DNA of 64,000 bases, from the NCBI GenBank assembly GCA_031291995.1, contig JARLHZ010000004.1, forward strand, positions 5,272 to 69,271. The letters are read 5' to 3'. This DNA is from Candidatus Doudnabacteria bacterium (GTDB taxonomy: Bacteria > Patescibacteriota > Doudnabacteria > UBA920). Below, piece after piece: positions 1-10,196 of this stretch; the stretch's first letter is position 1, and every line of letters starts with the position of its first letter. Below the pieces are notes generated by a model. It worked only from the letters and a program-made list of their open reading frames with translations, was not told the DNA's origin and made no database searches. Position numbers and translations under genes: made by a program.

Positions 1-2073
1 GACGGCACCGGCGTGGTCCATAACGCGGCCATGTATGGGGAAGAAGACTACCAGCTGGCCAAGGAAAAAGACCTGCCCCGTACAGACATGCTGGACCACA
101 AGGGCCGGTATCTCCCGATGGCTCCGGAAAATTTAAGGGGAGTGTTTTTTAAAGACGCGGAAAAAATCATCCTTAAGGAACTTCGCGAGAAAAATTTGGT
201 TTATAAAACCGAGCATTACAAACACAACTATCCTCACTGCTACCGCTGCGGCACGCCGCTGTTTTACAATGCTTTGCCGGCCTGGTTTATTAACATTCAA
301 AAAATCAAACCCGAGCTGGTAAAAAATAACCAGGACGTCAGCTGGTACCCCGAGCATTTAAAACACGGACGTTTCCAGCAGGGCGTGGAAAACGCGCCGG
401 ATTGGAATATTTCCCGCAACCGGTTTTGGGCCACGGCTTTGCCGTTTTGGAAATGCGAAAACGCGGATTGTAAAAATGTGACTTGTATCGGTTCGGTGGA
501 AGAACTGCGCCTAAAGTCCGTAAATTTTGCGGAGGTTTATCCGGAAACCGAATCGGAAATTAGGAATCGTGAATCGACAGATCCTAATTCGAAATTCCTA
601 ATTCAAAATTCCAATTTGGATTTGCATCGGCCATATATAGATCGTGTTAAACTTAAATGCGACAAATGCGGCGGCCAAATGGCCCGCATTCCCGAAGTCG
701 TGGACTGCTGGGTGGAAAGCGGCAGTATGCCGTTTGCCGAACTCCACGCGCCGTTTGAAAACCAGGAATTATTCAACAGCCGATTCCCATCCGATTTTGT
801 CGTCGAATATATTCCCCAGACCCGCGCCTGGTTTTATGTCATGCACGTGGTATCCACCATAATTTTCGGCAAAGCGCCGTTTAAAAACGTGGTCACAACC
901 GGAACGATTTTGGCCGAAGACGGCAGCAAAATGTCCAAGAGTAAAAATAATTATCCGGATCCGAATTTGGTCATAGAAAAATATGGCGCCGACGCCCTGC
1001 GTTTTTACCTGCTGACCAGCCCGGTGGTAACCGGTGAAGATTTAAATTTTTCCGAAAAAGGCGTGGCCGACATAGGGCGAAAAATTAACTCGCTGCTTTA
1101 CAATGTCTGGAGTTTTTACCGAATGTACTCAAAAGAGCAAATCAGTCTATCAGCTGATCAGCTTATCAGTTCGGACAGCCATATATTGGATAAGTGGATA
1201 GAGGCGCGGTTAAACCGGGTGCAGGTTGAGGTGACTAAACAGCTGGACGCTTACAATACGGTCAAAGCGGGGAAATCTTTGATTGAGTTCATAAATGACC
1301 TGTCCACCTGGTATTTGCGCCGCAGCCGCGACCGGCTCAAACTGCAAAACGAGGAAAGCAAACGGGTGGCCGCGGTCTTAGGGTTTGTCTTGGCTGAAAC
1401 CGCTAAACTTTTGGCGCCCTTTATGCCATTTTTGGCCGATTTCATTTATAAAGACGTCACCGGCCGGGAATCCGTCCATTTGGAATCATGGTCTAATGTC
1501 AATGCGGCCGCCATAGACAGCGACGTTTTAAATAAGATGGAAATTGTCCGCGAAGCCGTAACCCTGGGCCTGGCCGTAAGAAAAACCAAAAACTTTGCCG
1601 TGCGCCAGCCGCTACTGTCGCTGGCTTTTGATTTTCAGGACGAAAAAGTTGAGCTGGGAGGGGAATATGTTCAGCTGGTTTTGGATGAACTGAACGTCAA
1701 GCAAACCGACAATAATCTTTTGGATAAGAATTTGCGCTCCACAGATACCGTGGTGACGCCCGGAACGAAGGCCGTAAAAGCATTCTACCTGGACCTGCAT
1801 ATTACTCCCGAACTGAAACAGGAAGGCGTGGCACGGGAACTGGAGCGCGCCGTTCAGGATTTGCGCAAAAAAAGCGGGCTGAAGGTCGGCGATCTGGCGG
1901 ATATATACTACAATACCCAGGACGGCGATTTGGAAAATATTTTGCTGAAAATGCTCGACCGTAAAAAAACTTTCATTAGCCAAATCAGCAAAAGTCTGGA
2001 AGTGGAAGTCGACTTTGAAGTTCAGGCTGAAATTGACGGCAAGCCAATTTGGATGGGGATAGTCAAAATATAA
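1..2073 (+). CDS. ileS: Isoleucyl-tRNA synthetase (5'-truncated by window edge)
   Basis: Frame open from base 1 (DGTGVVH). YPHCYRCGTPL, DWNISRNRFW and KMSKS motifs; anticodon-binding NDLSTWYLRRSRDR. Resembles the IleRS2 type. Confidence 0.97.
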   Translation, partial: DGTGVVHNAAMYGEEDYQLAKEKDLPRTDMLDHKGRYLPMAPENLRGVFFKDAEKIILKELREKNLVYKTEHYKHNYPHCYRCGTPLFYNALPAWFINIQKIKPELVKNNQDVSWYPEHLKHGRFQQGVENAPDWNISRNRFWATALPFWKCENADCKNVTCIGSVEELRLKSVNFAEVYPETESEIRNRESTDPNSKFLIQNSNLDLHRPYIDRVKLKCDKCGGQMARIPEVVDCWVESGSMPFAELHAPFENQELFNSRFPSDFVVEYIPQTRAWFYVMHVVSTIIFGKAPFKNVVTTGTILAEDGSKMSKSKNNYPDPNLVIEKYGADALRFYLLTSPVVTGEDLNFSEKGVADIGRKINSLLYNVWSFYRMYSKEQISLSADQLISSDSHILDKWIEARLNRVQVEVTKQLDAYNTVKAGKSLIEFINDLSTWYLRRSRDRLKLQNEESKRVAAVLGFVLAETAKLLAPFMPFLADFIYKDVTGRESVHLESWSNVNAAAIDSDVLNKMEIVREAVTLGLAVRKTKNFAVRQPLLSLAFDFQDEKVELGGEYVQLVLDELNVKQTDNNLLDKNLRSTDTVVTPGTKAVKAFYLDLHITPELKQEGVARELERAVQDLRKKSGLKVGDLADIYYNTQDGDLENILLKMLDRKKTFISQISKSLEVEVDFEVQAEIDGKPIWMGIVKI

Positions 2074-2076
2074 TAT

Positions 2077-2159
2077 TTTACGAAGTACGAACGGATACGA
2101 ACTTACGAACCCGTTAAGTACGTCAGTTCGTATGTTCGTAAAATTTCGTACTTCGTAAA
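2077..2159. repeat. Inverted array of TACGAA-core repeats (intergenic hairpin), copy 1
   Basis: Perfect 15-bp terminal IR TTTACGAAGTACGAA / TTCGTACTTCGTAAA with further TACGAA/TTCGTA units inside; second copy at 61659-61733. Confidence 0.9.
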
Positions 2160-2162
2160 CTC

Positions 2163-2873
2163 ATGCCGCAGGAACAAACCCGGTTAGCGATAATTTTAAA
2201 AAAGCAGCCGTATAACGAGGGCGACGAGTTGATTACGGTTTTTACCAGGGAAGCGGGTAAGCTTCGGGCTTTGGCCAAATCGGTCAAGCTGCAAAAAGCC
2301 AAACTTCAGTCCAGGCTGCAGCAGTTATTTTTGGTTAATCTGGAATTAACTTCGGCCAAATTGCCAAAAATAATTGGCGTGGAATCCCGCGCGACTTTTT
2401 TAAAAATGCGGGACAACCTGGCGGCGGTAAAAATGGCCTATTATGCCAGTGAACTGATATTAAAATTTACCCCGGACGAACAGAAAAATGAAGCCTTATT
2501 CGATTTGCTGGCGGAGTTCCTAAAATTTTTGGACAGCGAATCAAAACAGCCGGTTTTGGATTTGGCATTGGCCAAATTTAAAATTAATATTTTGCGGACA
2601 TTGGGTTTGGATATTAGTTATCCGGCGGGCGCGAAATTTTTCAGTAACAGCCATGGCGGCTTTGTTGCCGGACAGTCCCAGGATTCCCGGCCCGTTACCC
2701 TCCCGACGCTGGATTTATTTATTTCTTTAAAAGACTGTCGGTTTGATTACTTAGTCAGTCTTAATTTTGGAGACCAAGTCCTCCTGGAGAACTTACAAAA
2801 TTTGTTGTCCCAATTTGTGGAATACCAGCTGGAAAGGCCTGTAAAATCGGAGCGGTATTTAAAACATGGCTAG
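2163..2873 (+). CDS. recO: DNA repair protein RecO
   Basis: N-terminal OB-fold pattern AIILKKQPYNEGDELITVFTREAGKLRALAK; C-terminal 'LERPVKS'. Confidence 0.92.
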   Translation: MPQEQTRLAIILKKQPYNEGDELITVFTREAGKLRALAKSVKLQKAKLQSRLQQLFLVNLELTSAKLPKIIGVESRATFLKMRDNLAAVKMAYYASELILKFTPDEQKNEALFDLLAEFLKFLDSESKQPVLDLALAKFKINILRTLGLDISYPAGAKFFSNSHGGFVAGQSQDSRPVTLPTLDLFISLKDCRFDYLVSLNFGDQVLLENLQNLLSQFVEYQLERPVKSERYLKHG

Positions 2874-2963
2874 AATTTAACGCTCCCGGTAATTTTATGG
2901 TATAATATTGGGGCTTAGGTCAATTATTTAAGCCGAATTATTGTAAAAAATTAACAACAAAAT

Positions 2964-4790
2964 ATGGAAGATCCAAATCGTCCCGGCAATGATTTCGTTA
3001 AAAAGCAGGTCGCGGGGCCGTCGGCCCAAATGTCCGTAATTTCAGGCGGTATTAATACCCCAAAGGTGGCGGACGGAGGTTTTAAAAGTTTTTACCGGTC
3101 CAATAAATGGTATTTTTTGGCGATTATCGCCGGGGTAGTAATTATTTCCCTATTGGGTTACTATGCCTTCAAAAAAGGTCCGGCATCCACGTCCAAGCAG
3201 GCCAATGTGGCCATAAATATAGATGTCCCGCAAACCGTGCCCAGCGGGGGAGAAGCGGTATATAAAATTACGGTCACCAATAACGATGCGCAAAAACTCG
3301 TCAGTATGCAGCTTGAACTGGCTTATCCCGAGGGTGAAAGTTACGAAAGCAGCAGCCCGCAGGCCGCTGACCTTTCCGGCAGCCTGTTCAGCGTCCCAGA
3401 TTTGCTTCCGGGCCAGAATGCTGTGGTTATCGTTAAAACCAAAATTACCGGCAACGTGGGAGACCAAAAAACGCTTGACGCCAAACTCCATTACAGTTAC
3501 GGAAATTTTAACTCCCAATTTGTCAAAGACCAGACCTCCACTATCCAATTGGCGGCTTCGAATATCGGCCTGACCCTGCAGGGGCCGACTAATACCAGCA
3601 ACGCCCAGCTGGTCATGTACACCATAACTTACCAGAATAATTCGGGCGGCGATGTGCAAAACGCCCGGGTGGAAATGGACTATCCGGATGGTTTTGTGTT
3701 CGCGCAGTCCACGCCGGCTCCGGATTTGGGAAGCAATACCTGGGTCATTCCCACGCTTTCCAAAAACGCTTCCAGCACCATTACCGTACAGGGGACGTTT
3801 TCCGCGGCCAATCCGGGGGAGAACAAAACCGCGACGGCTAATTTCCTAATTCAGGGGCCGGACGGGAATTATTTTACCCAAAACTCAACCACTTTTTCCA
3901 CGCAAATTTCCAGCCTGCCGCTCTTAGTGACGCAGTCGCTCCAGGCGGCCAATACCGGCAACGTCGTCAATCCGGGTCAAAATTTAACTTTCAATATTAC
4001 TTATCAAAATAACGCCAGCGTGGCCGCCACGGGCGTAAACGTAGAGGTGGATTTGAACACCAAGGTAATCGACCCGGCATCCATTTCATCCCAGGGCGGG
4101 CAAATTAACAACAGTACGATAATTTGGAACGCGTCCGGCGTGCCCCAGCTGGCCAGCTTGCTGCCTAACCAGTCCGGCCAGTTGTCGTTTACTTTGAAAG
4201 TCAACAATCCGGCCACGAAGGATTCTTCCAAGAACCTGACAATTATTTCCGACATCAAAATAAAATCCAACGAATATTCCACGGCGTTCCCCGGGAATGA
4301 ACTGGCGCTAAAAGTTTCCAGCCCTTCCAGCGTCAACACGGCTTTGACTTATGTTTCGGGAAGTCTGCCGCCACAGGTCGGCAAGTCGACGGTTTACCAG
4401 GTCAGTGTTTCTTTGACTAATTCCAGTAATGATTTTTCCAGCGGCGTCTTTACGGCATTTATACCGGCGGCCAGCTTTTCGCAGTCGGGTGTTTCGCCGG
4501 ACGAAGCCCAAAATGTGCAGTTTGATCCGGCCACTAACAAATTAACCTGGAATGTGGGCAGTTTGCCGGCTAATACCGGCCGGTTCAACCAGGCCAGAAT
4601 ACTGACTTTTGACCTGACTTTAAATCCCGGAGCCACTAACGCCAACCAGCCGGTAGTCCTGCTCAACAAAATGAATTTTTCCGCTACCGACTTGTTTACC
4701 AACCAGCCGGTCAGCGTGGCCGCGCCGGATCTCCGCACCTCCGACCTCCAGGGGCAGGGCGGCTTTAGCCAGGGGACGGTTCAGCCGTAA
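2964..4790 (+). CDS. Membrane-anchored surface protein with repeated DUF11-like Ig domains
   Basis: Single N-terminal TM helix; repeated 'YxITYxNN...V...P.GF' and 'LTWNVGSL' motifs. Confidence 0.75.
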   Translation: MEDPNRPGNDFVKKQVAGPSAQMSVISGGINTPKVADGGFKSFYRSNKWYFLAIIAGVVIISLLGYYAFKKGPASTSKQANVAINIDVPQTVPSGGEAVYKITVTNNDAQKLVSMQLELAYPEGESYESSSPQAADLSGSLFSVPDLLPGQNAVVIVKTKITGNVGDQKTLDAKLHYSYGNFNSQFVKDQTSTIQLAASNIGLTLQGPTNTSNAQLVMYTITYQNNSGGDVQNARVEMDYPDGFVFAQSTPAPDLGSNTWVIPTLSKNASSTITVQGTFSAANPGENKTATANFLIQGPDGNYFTQNSTTFSTQISSLPLLVTQSLQAANTGNVVNPGQNLTFNITYQNNASVAATGVNVEVDLNTKVIDPASISSQGGQINNSTIIWNASGVPQLASLLPNQSGQLSFTLKVNNPATKDSSKNLTIISDIKIKSNEYSTAFPGNELALKVSSPSSVNTALTYVSGSLPPQVGKSTVYQVSVSLTNSSNDFSSGVFTAFIPAASFSQSGVSPDEAQNVQFDPATNKLTWNVGSLPANTGRFNQARILTFDLTLNPGATNANQPVVLLNKMNFSATDLFTNQPVSVAAPDLRTSDLQGQGGFSQGTVQP

Positions 4791-4846
4791 ATTAGCATTT
4801 AGTAGGTAGTATATAGAATATAGAGTATAGGGTTTATACATTCCAG

Positions 4847-4983
4847 TAAGGCCGTGACGGCCGGATAAAATTTTTTTTGCCTCTACGTCTTGCCAGGTAG
4901 CAACGTTGATAAAAGTAAAACCGTGCGTTGGCAAGGCGCGGGGCAAAAAAATTTTACCGCCCGCCCCGCCCTTACCTTAAGCG
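4847..4983. repeat. ~137-nt long-hairpin element, copy 1
   Basis: TTTTGCCTCTACGTCTTGCC pairs with GGCAAGGCGCGGGGCAAAA; homologous copy at 31327-31462. Confidence 0.8.
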
Positions 4984-5032
4984 TCTTAAATCAATTTTGA
5001 AGTTAAAATCCTATCTCAGACAGGCTACAAGC

Positions 5033-5060
5033 AAAAACACGTTTAGCCAAACGTGTTTTT
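5033..5060. terminator. Bidirectional intrinsic terminator
   Basis: AAAAACACGTTT-AGCC-AAACGTGTTTTT between convergent genes. Confidence 0.7.
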
Positions 5061-5163
5061 AAATATGCAGTGAGTATATTTGCTGAAGAAACAGTTTTAG
5101 ATGATGGGGTAAGCGCGCTTCCGCGGCACGATCAGCGCAGATATCCGCGACCAATCCGCGGTA

Positions 5164-6468
5164 TTACGGATAAATATACCCTTTAATATGCGAATCGCTT
5201 GTGGAGACCCAGCGCTGGTCAATCCTGTTAAAATGGTCGTAGTTCATTTCCGAAACCAATATGCGGCCGGAGTCCACGCTTTCCACGTAGGCCACGTGGC
5301 CATAGCGACCATAGCCAGCTCCGCTAAAGACCACGGCCGAATGGCTGGCCGGTTCGCGGCCGGTTACATAGCCGCTGGCACCCGCGTTGGCCAGCCAATT
5401 TTTGGCGTTTCCGCCAAAAGTGATTTTCATTTTAGTCGCCACATAGTAGGTACAATAACCAACCGGGAACAGATGGTTTACCCCATCATAGCCCGAGCTG
5501 ATGCTGGTAACGGTATCGCCGTTGTCGTAAGTTGGGGTATTTTTTGTCTTGGGCTTCGGTTTGGCCGTTGGCGTCGGCACGGGCGGGGGAGTGGTTACAA
5601 CGCCGCCGGGAATTATTAGGAAGTCCCCGGGGTTGATGTCTTCGGCGCTGTCCAGACCGTTGTAGGAAATAATTGTGGCCAGCAACTGCGCCGCGGTCTG
5701 ATCGCGGGTTTGTTTGTTGGTGTTATACCGGTCCGGGCTGTATTGCGCGGCCAGGTCGGGCAGGGTGGTGTTAGGTCCGGCGGTGACCGCCACGCCGTCA
5801 ACCGGCGGGATTATCAGGTTCCATCCCGGCTTTATGGTATTGGAAGTTAGAGAAGGGTTGCTCCAGAGGATGCTGTTGACGGAAATGCCGTTTTTAGCGG
5901 CTATGGATTTTAGGGTATCTCCATCCTGGGTCAGGTAGACTTTTTTAGTTACGTTGCTGACCATGGATTTAAGGCTGTCCGGGCTTGGCGCCACCATGCC
6001 GTTGTTGTCGTCCATAACCGTCCCGCTGTTCTCGGTTGTATTGTCGGAAGACACGGTATCGGGATTCAGTCCGGAAAAATCGTCGGCATAAGCCTGAGGC
6101 ACAAAATTATTTTTGGCCACAACGGTAATGATGCTGGAGTTTTTGGCGTACAGTTTGGCGTTAAGCACCTGGTGGCGGTTAATAAAATTACCGGCCAGGC
6201 TGTTGTCCGCAAAGCTGCCGCCGGTAAAAAAGAATATATTCAGCCCGGCCACCATCAGGCTGAGCATAATTACAAACAGTTCGCTGGAAAATTTCAATAC
6301 AAAATCCATCCAGTCCATCTTTTTTAAATGGATGGCCGGAAAACTCTGCAAATGCAGCCTCTTTAAATTAGGCGCCCTTCGGCTGATGTCGCCGAAAAGC
6401 TGTTTAATTTCCGTTTTGGCGGTAAAGGTCAGGCGGGAAAGGTAGCGTTTGAGTCGCGACCGCCACAA
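5164..6468 (-). CDS. LysM + CHAP domain peptidoglycan hydrolase (start uncertain)
   Basis: LysM (GDTLKSIAAKNGISVNSILWSN); CHAP catalytic motifs GYCTYYV, YGHVAYVE and SEMNY. Confidence 0.9.
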   Translation of the reverse strand: MWRSRLKRYLSRLTFTAKTEIKQLFGDISRRAPNLKRLHLQSFPAIHLKKMDWMDFVLKFSSELFVIMLSLMVAGLNIFFFTGGSFADNSLAGNFINRHQVLNAKLYAKNSSIITVVAKNNFVPQAYADDFSGLNPDTVSSDNTTENSGTVMDDNNGMVAPSPDSLKSMVSNVTKKVYLTQDGDTLKSIAAKNGISVNSILWSNPSLTSNTIKPGWNLIIPPVDGVAVTAGPNTTLPDLAAQYSPDRYNTNKQTRDQTAAQLLATIISYNGLDSAEDINPGDFLIIPGGVVTTPPPVPTPTAKPKPKTKNTPTYDNGDTVTSISSGYDGVNHLFPVGYCTYYVATKMKITFGGNAKNWLANAGASGYVTGREPASHSAVVFSGAGYGRYGHVAYVESVDSGRILVSEMNYDHFNRIDQRWVSTSDSHIKGYIYP

Positions 6469-6873
6469 GCTGATTTTTTGGATATCGGCTCCTTATTTTA
6501 CGCGTTGTGGTCCAAACCAGACCCGCATAAAATAATAATATATAGATAAGCTCGTTTTTTTATGGACAACAGGGGAAATTGCCAGCTAATTCCTATATAT
6601 ATTAATTGTCTTTTTTAGAGTGATTTGCACTTATTAGTTTAACAAGATAAGGAGCAGGGGGCAAGGATTTTATTCACAAGCCTGACATTTTTGGCTTTAT
6701 TTACAGGAGATTTTTTTAACCTACCTTTAAAATAGAGGCGAATTTAGGCCGCTATCCATTTTAACAATTGCCATCCTAATATTTTATCAACGCATAAAAT
6801 CGCGTCACGTTAATTAAAAATTAGGACTAAACGATTATAAAATGTTAAAATGATAAGATGTTAAAATAATCCT

Positions 6874-9078
6874 ATGGATTTATCGGCGTTAAATAATCAG
6901 CAAAAGCAGGCGGTCACAGCGGGTCTCGGGCCGGTTTTGGTATTGGCCGGGCCGGGCAGCGGCAAGACCAAAACCTTAACCCACCGGCTGGCGTATTTAA
7001 TTGAAAAAAAACTCGTGCCGCCGGCCAACATTTTAGCCCTGACTTTTACAAATAAGGCGGCTAAGGAGATGCGCGGCCGGGTGGCTGTGCTGTTGGCGAG
7101 ATTTGTTTCCGCGACGGAACAATTGACCATGGGAACTTTTCACGCCGTGTGCGCCAAAATTTTGCGGCACGAAATCGCGGTTTTAGGCTATGGCCATGAT
7201 TTTGTGATTTTTGACAGCCAAGACCAGCAAAAAGTCATTAAGGAAATTTTGGAAGAACTGCGCGTGGACACCAAGCGTCTGCCGGCCTCTATGTTTGGCG
7301 CCCTGATTTCCCGCGCCAAAAATCTTCTGCAGCTGCCGGCGGAACTGGATTTGGGATTGGATTCCCCGCTCCGCGAAAAATTAGCCGAAGTTTACGCGCG
7401 TTACCAGGACAGCCTGTTTAAGCAAAACGCTCTTGATTTTGACGACTTGCTGATGCTCACCGTAAAAATTATGGAAAACTTCCCCAAAATACTCCAAAAA
7501 TATCAAAAAAAGTTCGTTTATGTTTTGGTTGATGAATACCAGGACACCAACGCCGCCCAATACCGCCTGTTACGAATGTTCTCCGAACACCGCAATTTGT
7601 TCGTGGTCGGCGACGACGCGCAGAGCATATATAAATTCCGCGGCAGCGACATTACCAACATCCTGAATTTTGAAAAGGATTTTCCCGAGGCTCAAATTAT
7701 CAAACTCGAACAGAATTACCGGAGCACCAAGAATATTTTAAACGCCGCGCAAAAGGTTATAGAGCTTAATCCCGAACAAAAACCCAAAACTTTGTGGACG
7801 GAAAATCCGGACGGGGAAAAAATTATTTTGGCCTGCGAAGAGGATGAGCAGGCCGAAGGCGGGTTTGTGGCCAGAAATATTATTAAGCTGGCCACCAACC
7901 AGGGAACCGGGGAATTGGAATACGAGACGGACGACAGCCAAAAGGACAATGACGATAAGCCAAGTTTCTCTATTCTCGACAGGTTCATTAAAGCCAAAAA
8001 AATGCAGGCCAAATATTCACCGTCGCTGGGCAGTTTTGGCCGGGGGCTGTTACCGCAGCTGCCGAAAAAGCACGAACCGCTTAGGGAATTTTGCGTACTT
8101 TACCGGACCCACGCGCAGAGCCGTGCCATTGAAGAAGCTCTAATAGAATCAAGTATTCCGTACCAGATTGTCGGCGGCCTGAAATTTTACGAACGCAAGG
8201 AAATTAAGGACATGCTGGCTTATTTGCGCCTGACGCTCAATTTTCGCGACTTGGTATCGTTAAAGCGCGTGGTTAACGAGCCGCCGCGGGGGATTGGGGA
8301 TAAGTCTTATGAGATAATCAGGGATTTTATATTAAATTTTAAACAGGATGAGAAATCCGAAAAACCGGATAAATCAAAGAAGCTCGCTTCTGATTCCCCA
8401 GTTCTCCGCCTTTCAGAATTTAGGAGCGCGTTTGCCGAAGTTACGCTGCAGCGCAAAGCCTGGCATTCGGCGCAGGATTTTTTTGCCGTGCTCGGGGAGC
8501 TTACGGAGTTTAACGAAAAATCCGCTTTGTCCGAGCTGATGAAATTGGTTGTCCGGAAAACGGGATACGAAAAATACTTGCGCGACGGCAGCGAGGCCGG
8601 CGAATCGCGTTTTGAAAACGTGGAAGAACTGTATTCCGTGGCGCAAAAGTTCGGCAACCTGCCGTGGCGGGAAGCGTTGTCGGAATTTTTGCAGGAAGTG
8701 GCGCTTATTAGCGAAATCGACCAAAAAGACGAAAGCAAAGACGCGGTAACTCTTATGACCCTGCATAGCGCGAAGGGTCTGGAGTTCGATAATGTGTTTT
8801 TTGTGGGGCTGGAAGAGGGGATATTGCCTCACAGCCGCAGCCTGCTGGACCCGAGCGAACTGTCCGAAGAAATCCGCCTGGCTTACGTGGGCCTGACCCG
8901 GGCGCGCAAACGCCTGTTTTTGGTCTACACCCACAGCCGCCGCGTGTTCGGCAATTGGCAAATCAGCCAACCGTCGCGCATTCTTAAAGCTTTGCCCAGA
9001 GAAAATATGGAATACCGGGGAACTGCCAAAGAACATTTTAGCGGCAACGATGGGGAACTGGAGTATGAAGTCACGTAG
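6874..9078 (+). CDS. pcrA: ATP-dependent DNA helicase PcrA/UvrD
   Basis: AGPGSGKT, DEYQDTN, VGDDAQSIY, TLHSAKGLEF and YVGLTRA motifs. Confidence 0.95.
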   Translation: MDLSALNNQQKQAVTAGLGPVLVLAGPGSGKTKTLTHRLAYLIEKKLVPPANILALTFTNKAAKEMRGRVAVLLARFVSATEQLTMGTFHAVCAKILRHEIAVLGYGHDFVIFDSQDQQKVIKEILEELRVDTKRLPASMFGALISRAKNLLQLPAELDLGLDSPLREKLAEVYARYQDSLFKQNALDFDDLLMLTVKIMENFPKILQKYQKKFVYVLVDEYQDTNAAQYRLLRMFSEHRNLFVVGDDAQSIYKFRGSDITNILNFEKDFPEAQIIKLEQNYRSTKNILNAAQKVIELNPEQKPKTLWTENPDGEKIILACEEDEQAEGGFVARNIIKLATNQGTGELEYETDDSQKDNDDKPSFSILDRFIKAKKMQAKYSPSLGSFGRGLLPQLPKKHEPLREFCVLYRTHAQSRAIEEALIESSIPYQIVGGLKFYERKEIKDMLAYLRLTLNFRDLVSLKRVVNEPPRGIGDKSYEIIRDFILNFKQDEKSEKPDKSKKLASDSPVLRLSEFRSAFAEVTLQRKAWHSAQDFFAVLGELTEFNEKSALSELMKLVVRKTGYEKYLRDGSEAGESRFENVEELYSVAQKFGNLPWREALSEFLQEVALISEIDQKDESKDAVTLMTLHSAKGLEFDNVFFVGLEEGILPHSRSLLDPSELSEEIRLAYVGLTRARKRLFLVYTHSRRVFGNWQISQPSRILKALPRENMEYRGTAKEHFSGNDGELEYEVT

Positions 9079-9085
9079 ATAATGC

Positions 9086-9184
9086 CAAATTTCAGATTTC
9101 AAATATCAAATCAATGGCGAAGTTTAAAATTTAAAATTTAAAATTAGGATTTGATTTAAAATTTTTAATTTAAAATTTGTAATT
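9086..9184. repeat. Inverted heptamer array (CAAATTT/CAAATAT then AAATTTG type)
   Basis: Degenerate 7-bp tandem units, then their reverse complement, filling the pcrA-rsmA gap. Confidence 0.75.
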
Positions 9185-9192
9185 GTGTCCCA

Positions 9193-10095
9193 ATGAATGT
9201 AGATCAACTAAAAAATCTTCTCAAGCATTACCATCTCAAGCCCAACTTTACCTACGGCCAGAATTTTTTGATTGACGATATTGTGCTGCAGGACATAGTT
9301 GACGCGGCGGACATAAGCGAGGCCGACGCGGTTTTGGAAATCGGCCCGGGCATTGGCAACCTGACCCGCGCTTTGTGCGAGCGCGCGGGTTTTGTTTTGT
9401 CCATAGAAAAAGACCCGAAGTTTTTTCCAATACTGAAGTCCGTAAAAAAAGATTATCCCGAAAACTTCCGCTTTGAAATTGCCGACGCCCTTGAGTTCGA
9501 TTTTCAGGCGGAGCTATCTGCCAGGGGATTTATTAATCCAAACGCCGGAACAAATGTCGTTCCGCGTCCAGATCCGCGTAGCGGATCCGCGTTTAGATCC
9601 GCGGGTTATAAAGTTGTCGCCAACATCCCATACTACATTACCGGAAAAATTTTACAAATGCTGATGACGGCAAAAGTTAAGCCAAGCAGCATCGTCGTGC
9701 TAACGCAAAAAGAAGTCGCGCGCAACCTGGCGGCCAAAGCGGGGGACTTGGGAATTCTGGCCATCTCGGTCCAGCTGTACGGCGAACCTAAACTGGTGCA
9801 GGTCGTCCAGTCCAAAAGTTTTTATCCGGCGCCAAAAGTCGACAGCGCGATAGTCAAAATAGATTTGTACGACAAAGCCAAATATGAGCTCGCCGACGAA
9901 AAAAGATTTTTTAAAATTGTCAAAGCTTGCTTCGCCGGCAAGCGAAAACAAATCCATAACACCCTGGTAAACAATTTGCACCTGGATAAAAATTTCGTGG
10001 CCGATATTTTGCGCCAGCTAAAAATAAAACCTGAGGCAAGACCTCAGGAGTTAACCATTGAACAGTGGATTGACCTAGCCGGAAAGATTCAGTAA
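9193..10095 (+). CDS. rsmA: 16S rRNA m6(2)A dimethyltransferase RsmA/KsgA
   Basis: GQNFL, LEIGPGIG, VVANIPYYIT and FYPAPKVDSA motifs. Confidence 0.96.
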   Translation: MNVDQLKNLLKHYHLKPNFTYGQNFLIDDIVLQDIVDAADISEADAVLEIGPGIGNLTRALCERAGFVLSIEKDPKFFPILKSVKKDYPENFRFEIADALEFDFQAELSARGFINPNAGTNVVPRPDPRSGSAFRSAGYKVVANIPYYITGKILQMLMTAKVKPSSIVVLTQKEVARNLAAKAGDLGILAISVQLYGEPKLVQVVQSKSFYPAPKVDSAIVKIDLYDKAKYELADEKRFFKIVKACFAGKRKQIHNTLVNNLHLDKNFVADILRQLKIKPEARPQELTIEQWIDLAGKIQ

Positions 10096-10102
10096 TAATT
10101 CG

Positions 10103-10196
10103 AAATTGCAAATATCAAATTTCAAATCAAGGCCAATATCTTAATTTTTTAATTTGGCATTAAAAATTGATTTGAAATTTGTAATTTGGTATTTGT
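10103..10196. repeat. Inverted heptamer array (CAAAT family)
   Basis: gcaaatatcaaatttcaaatcaa ... ttgatttgaaatttgtaatttgg. Confidence 0.8.

Noticed and set aside
8413-9102. Long antisense ORFs (e.g. 8413-9102, 48572-49177, 57624-58220)
   Set aside because: Shadows of well-supported genes on the opposite strand.
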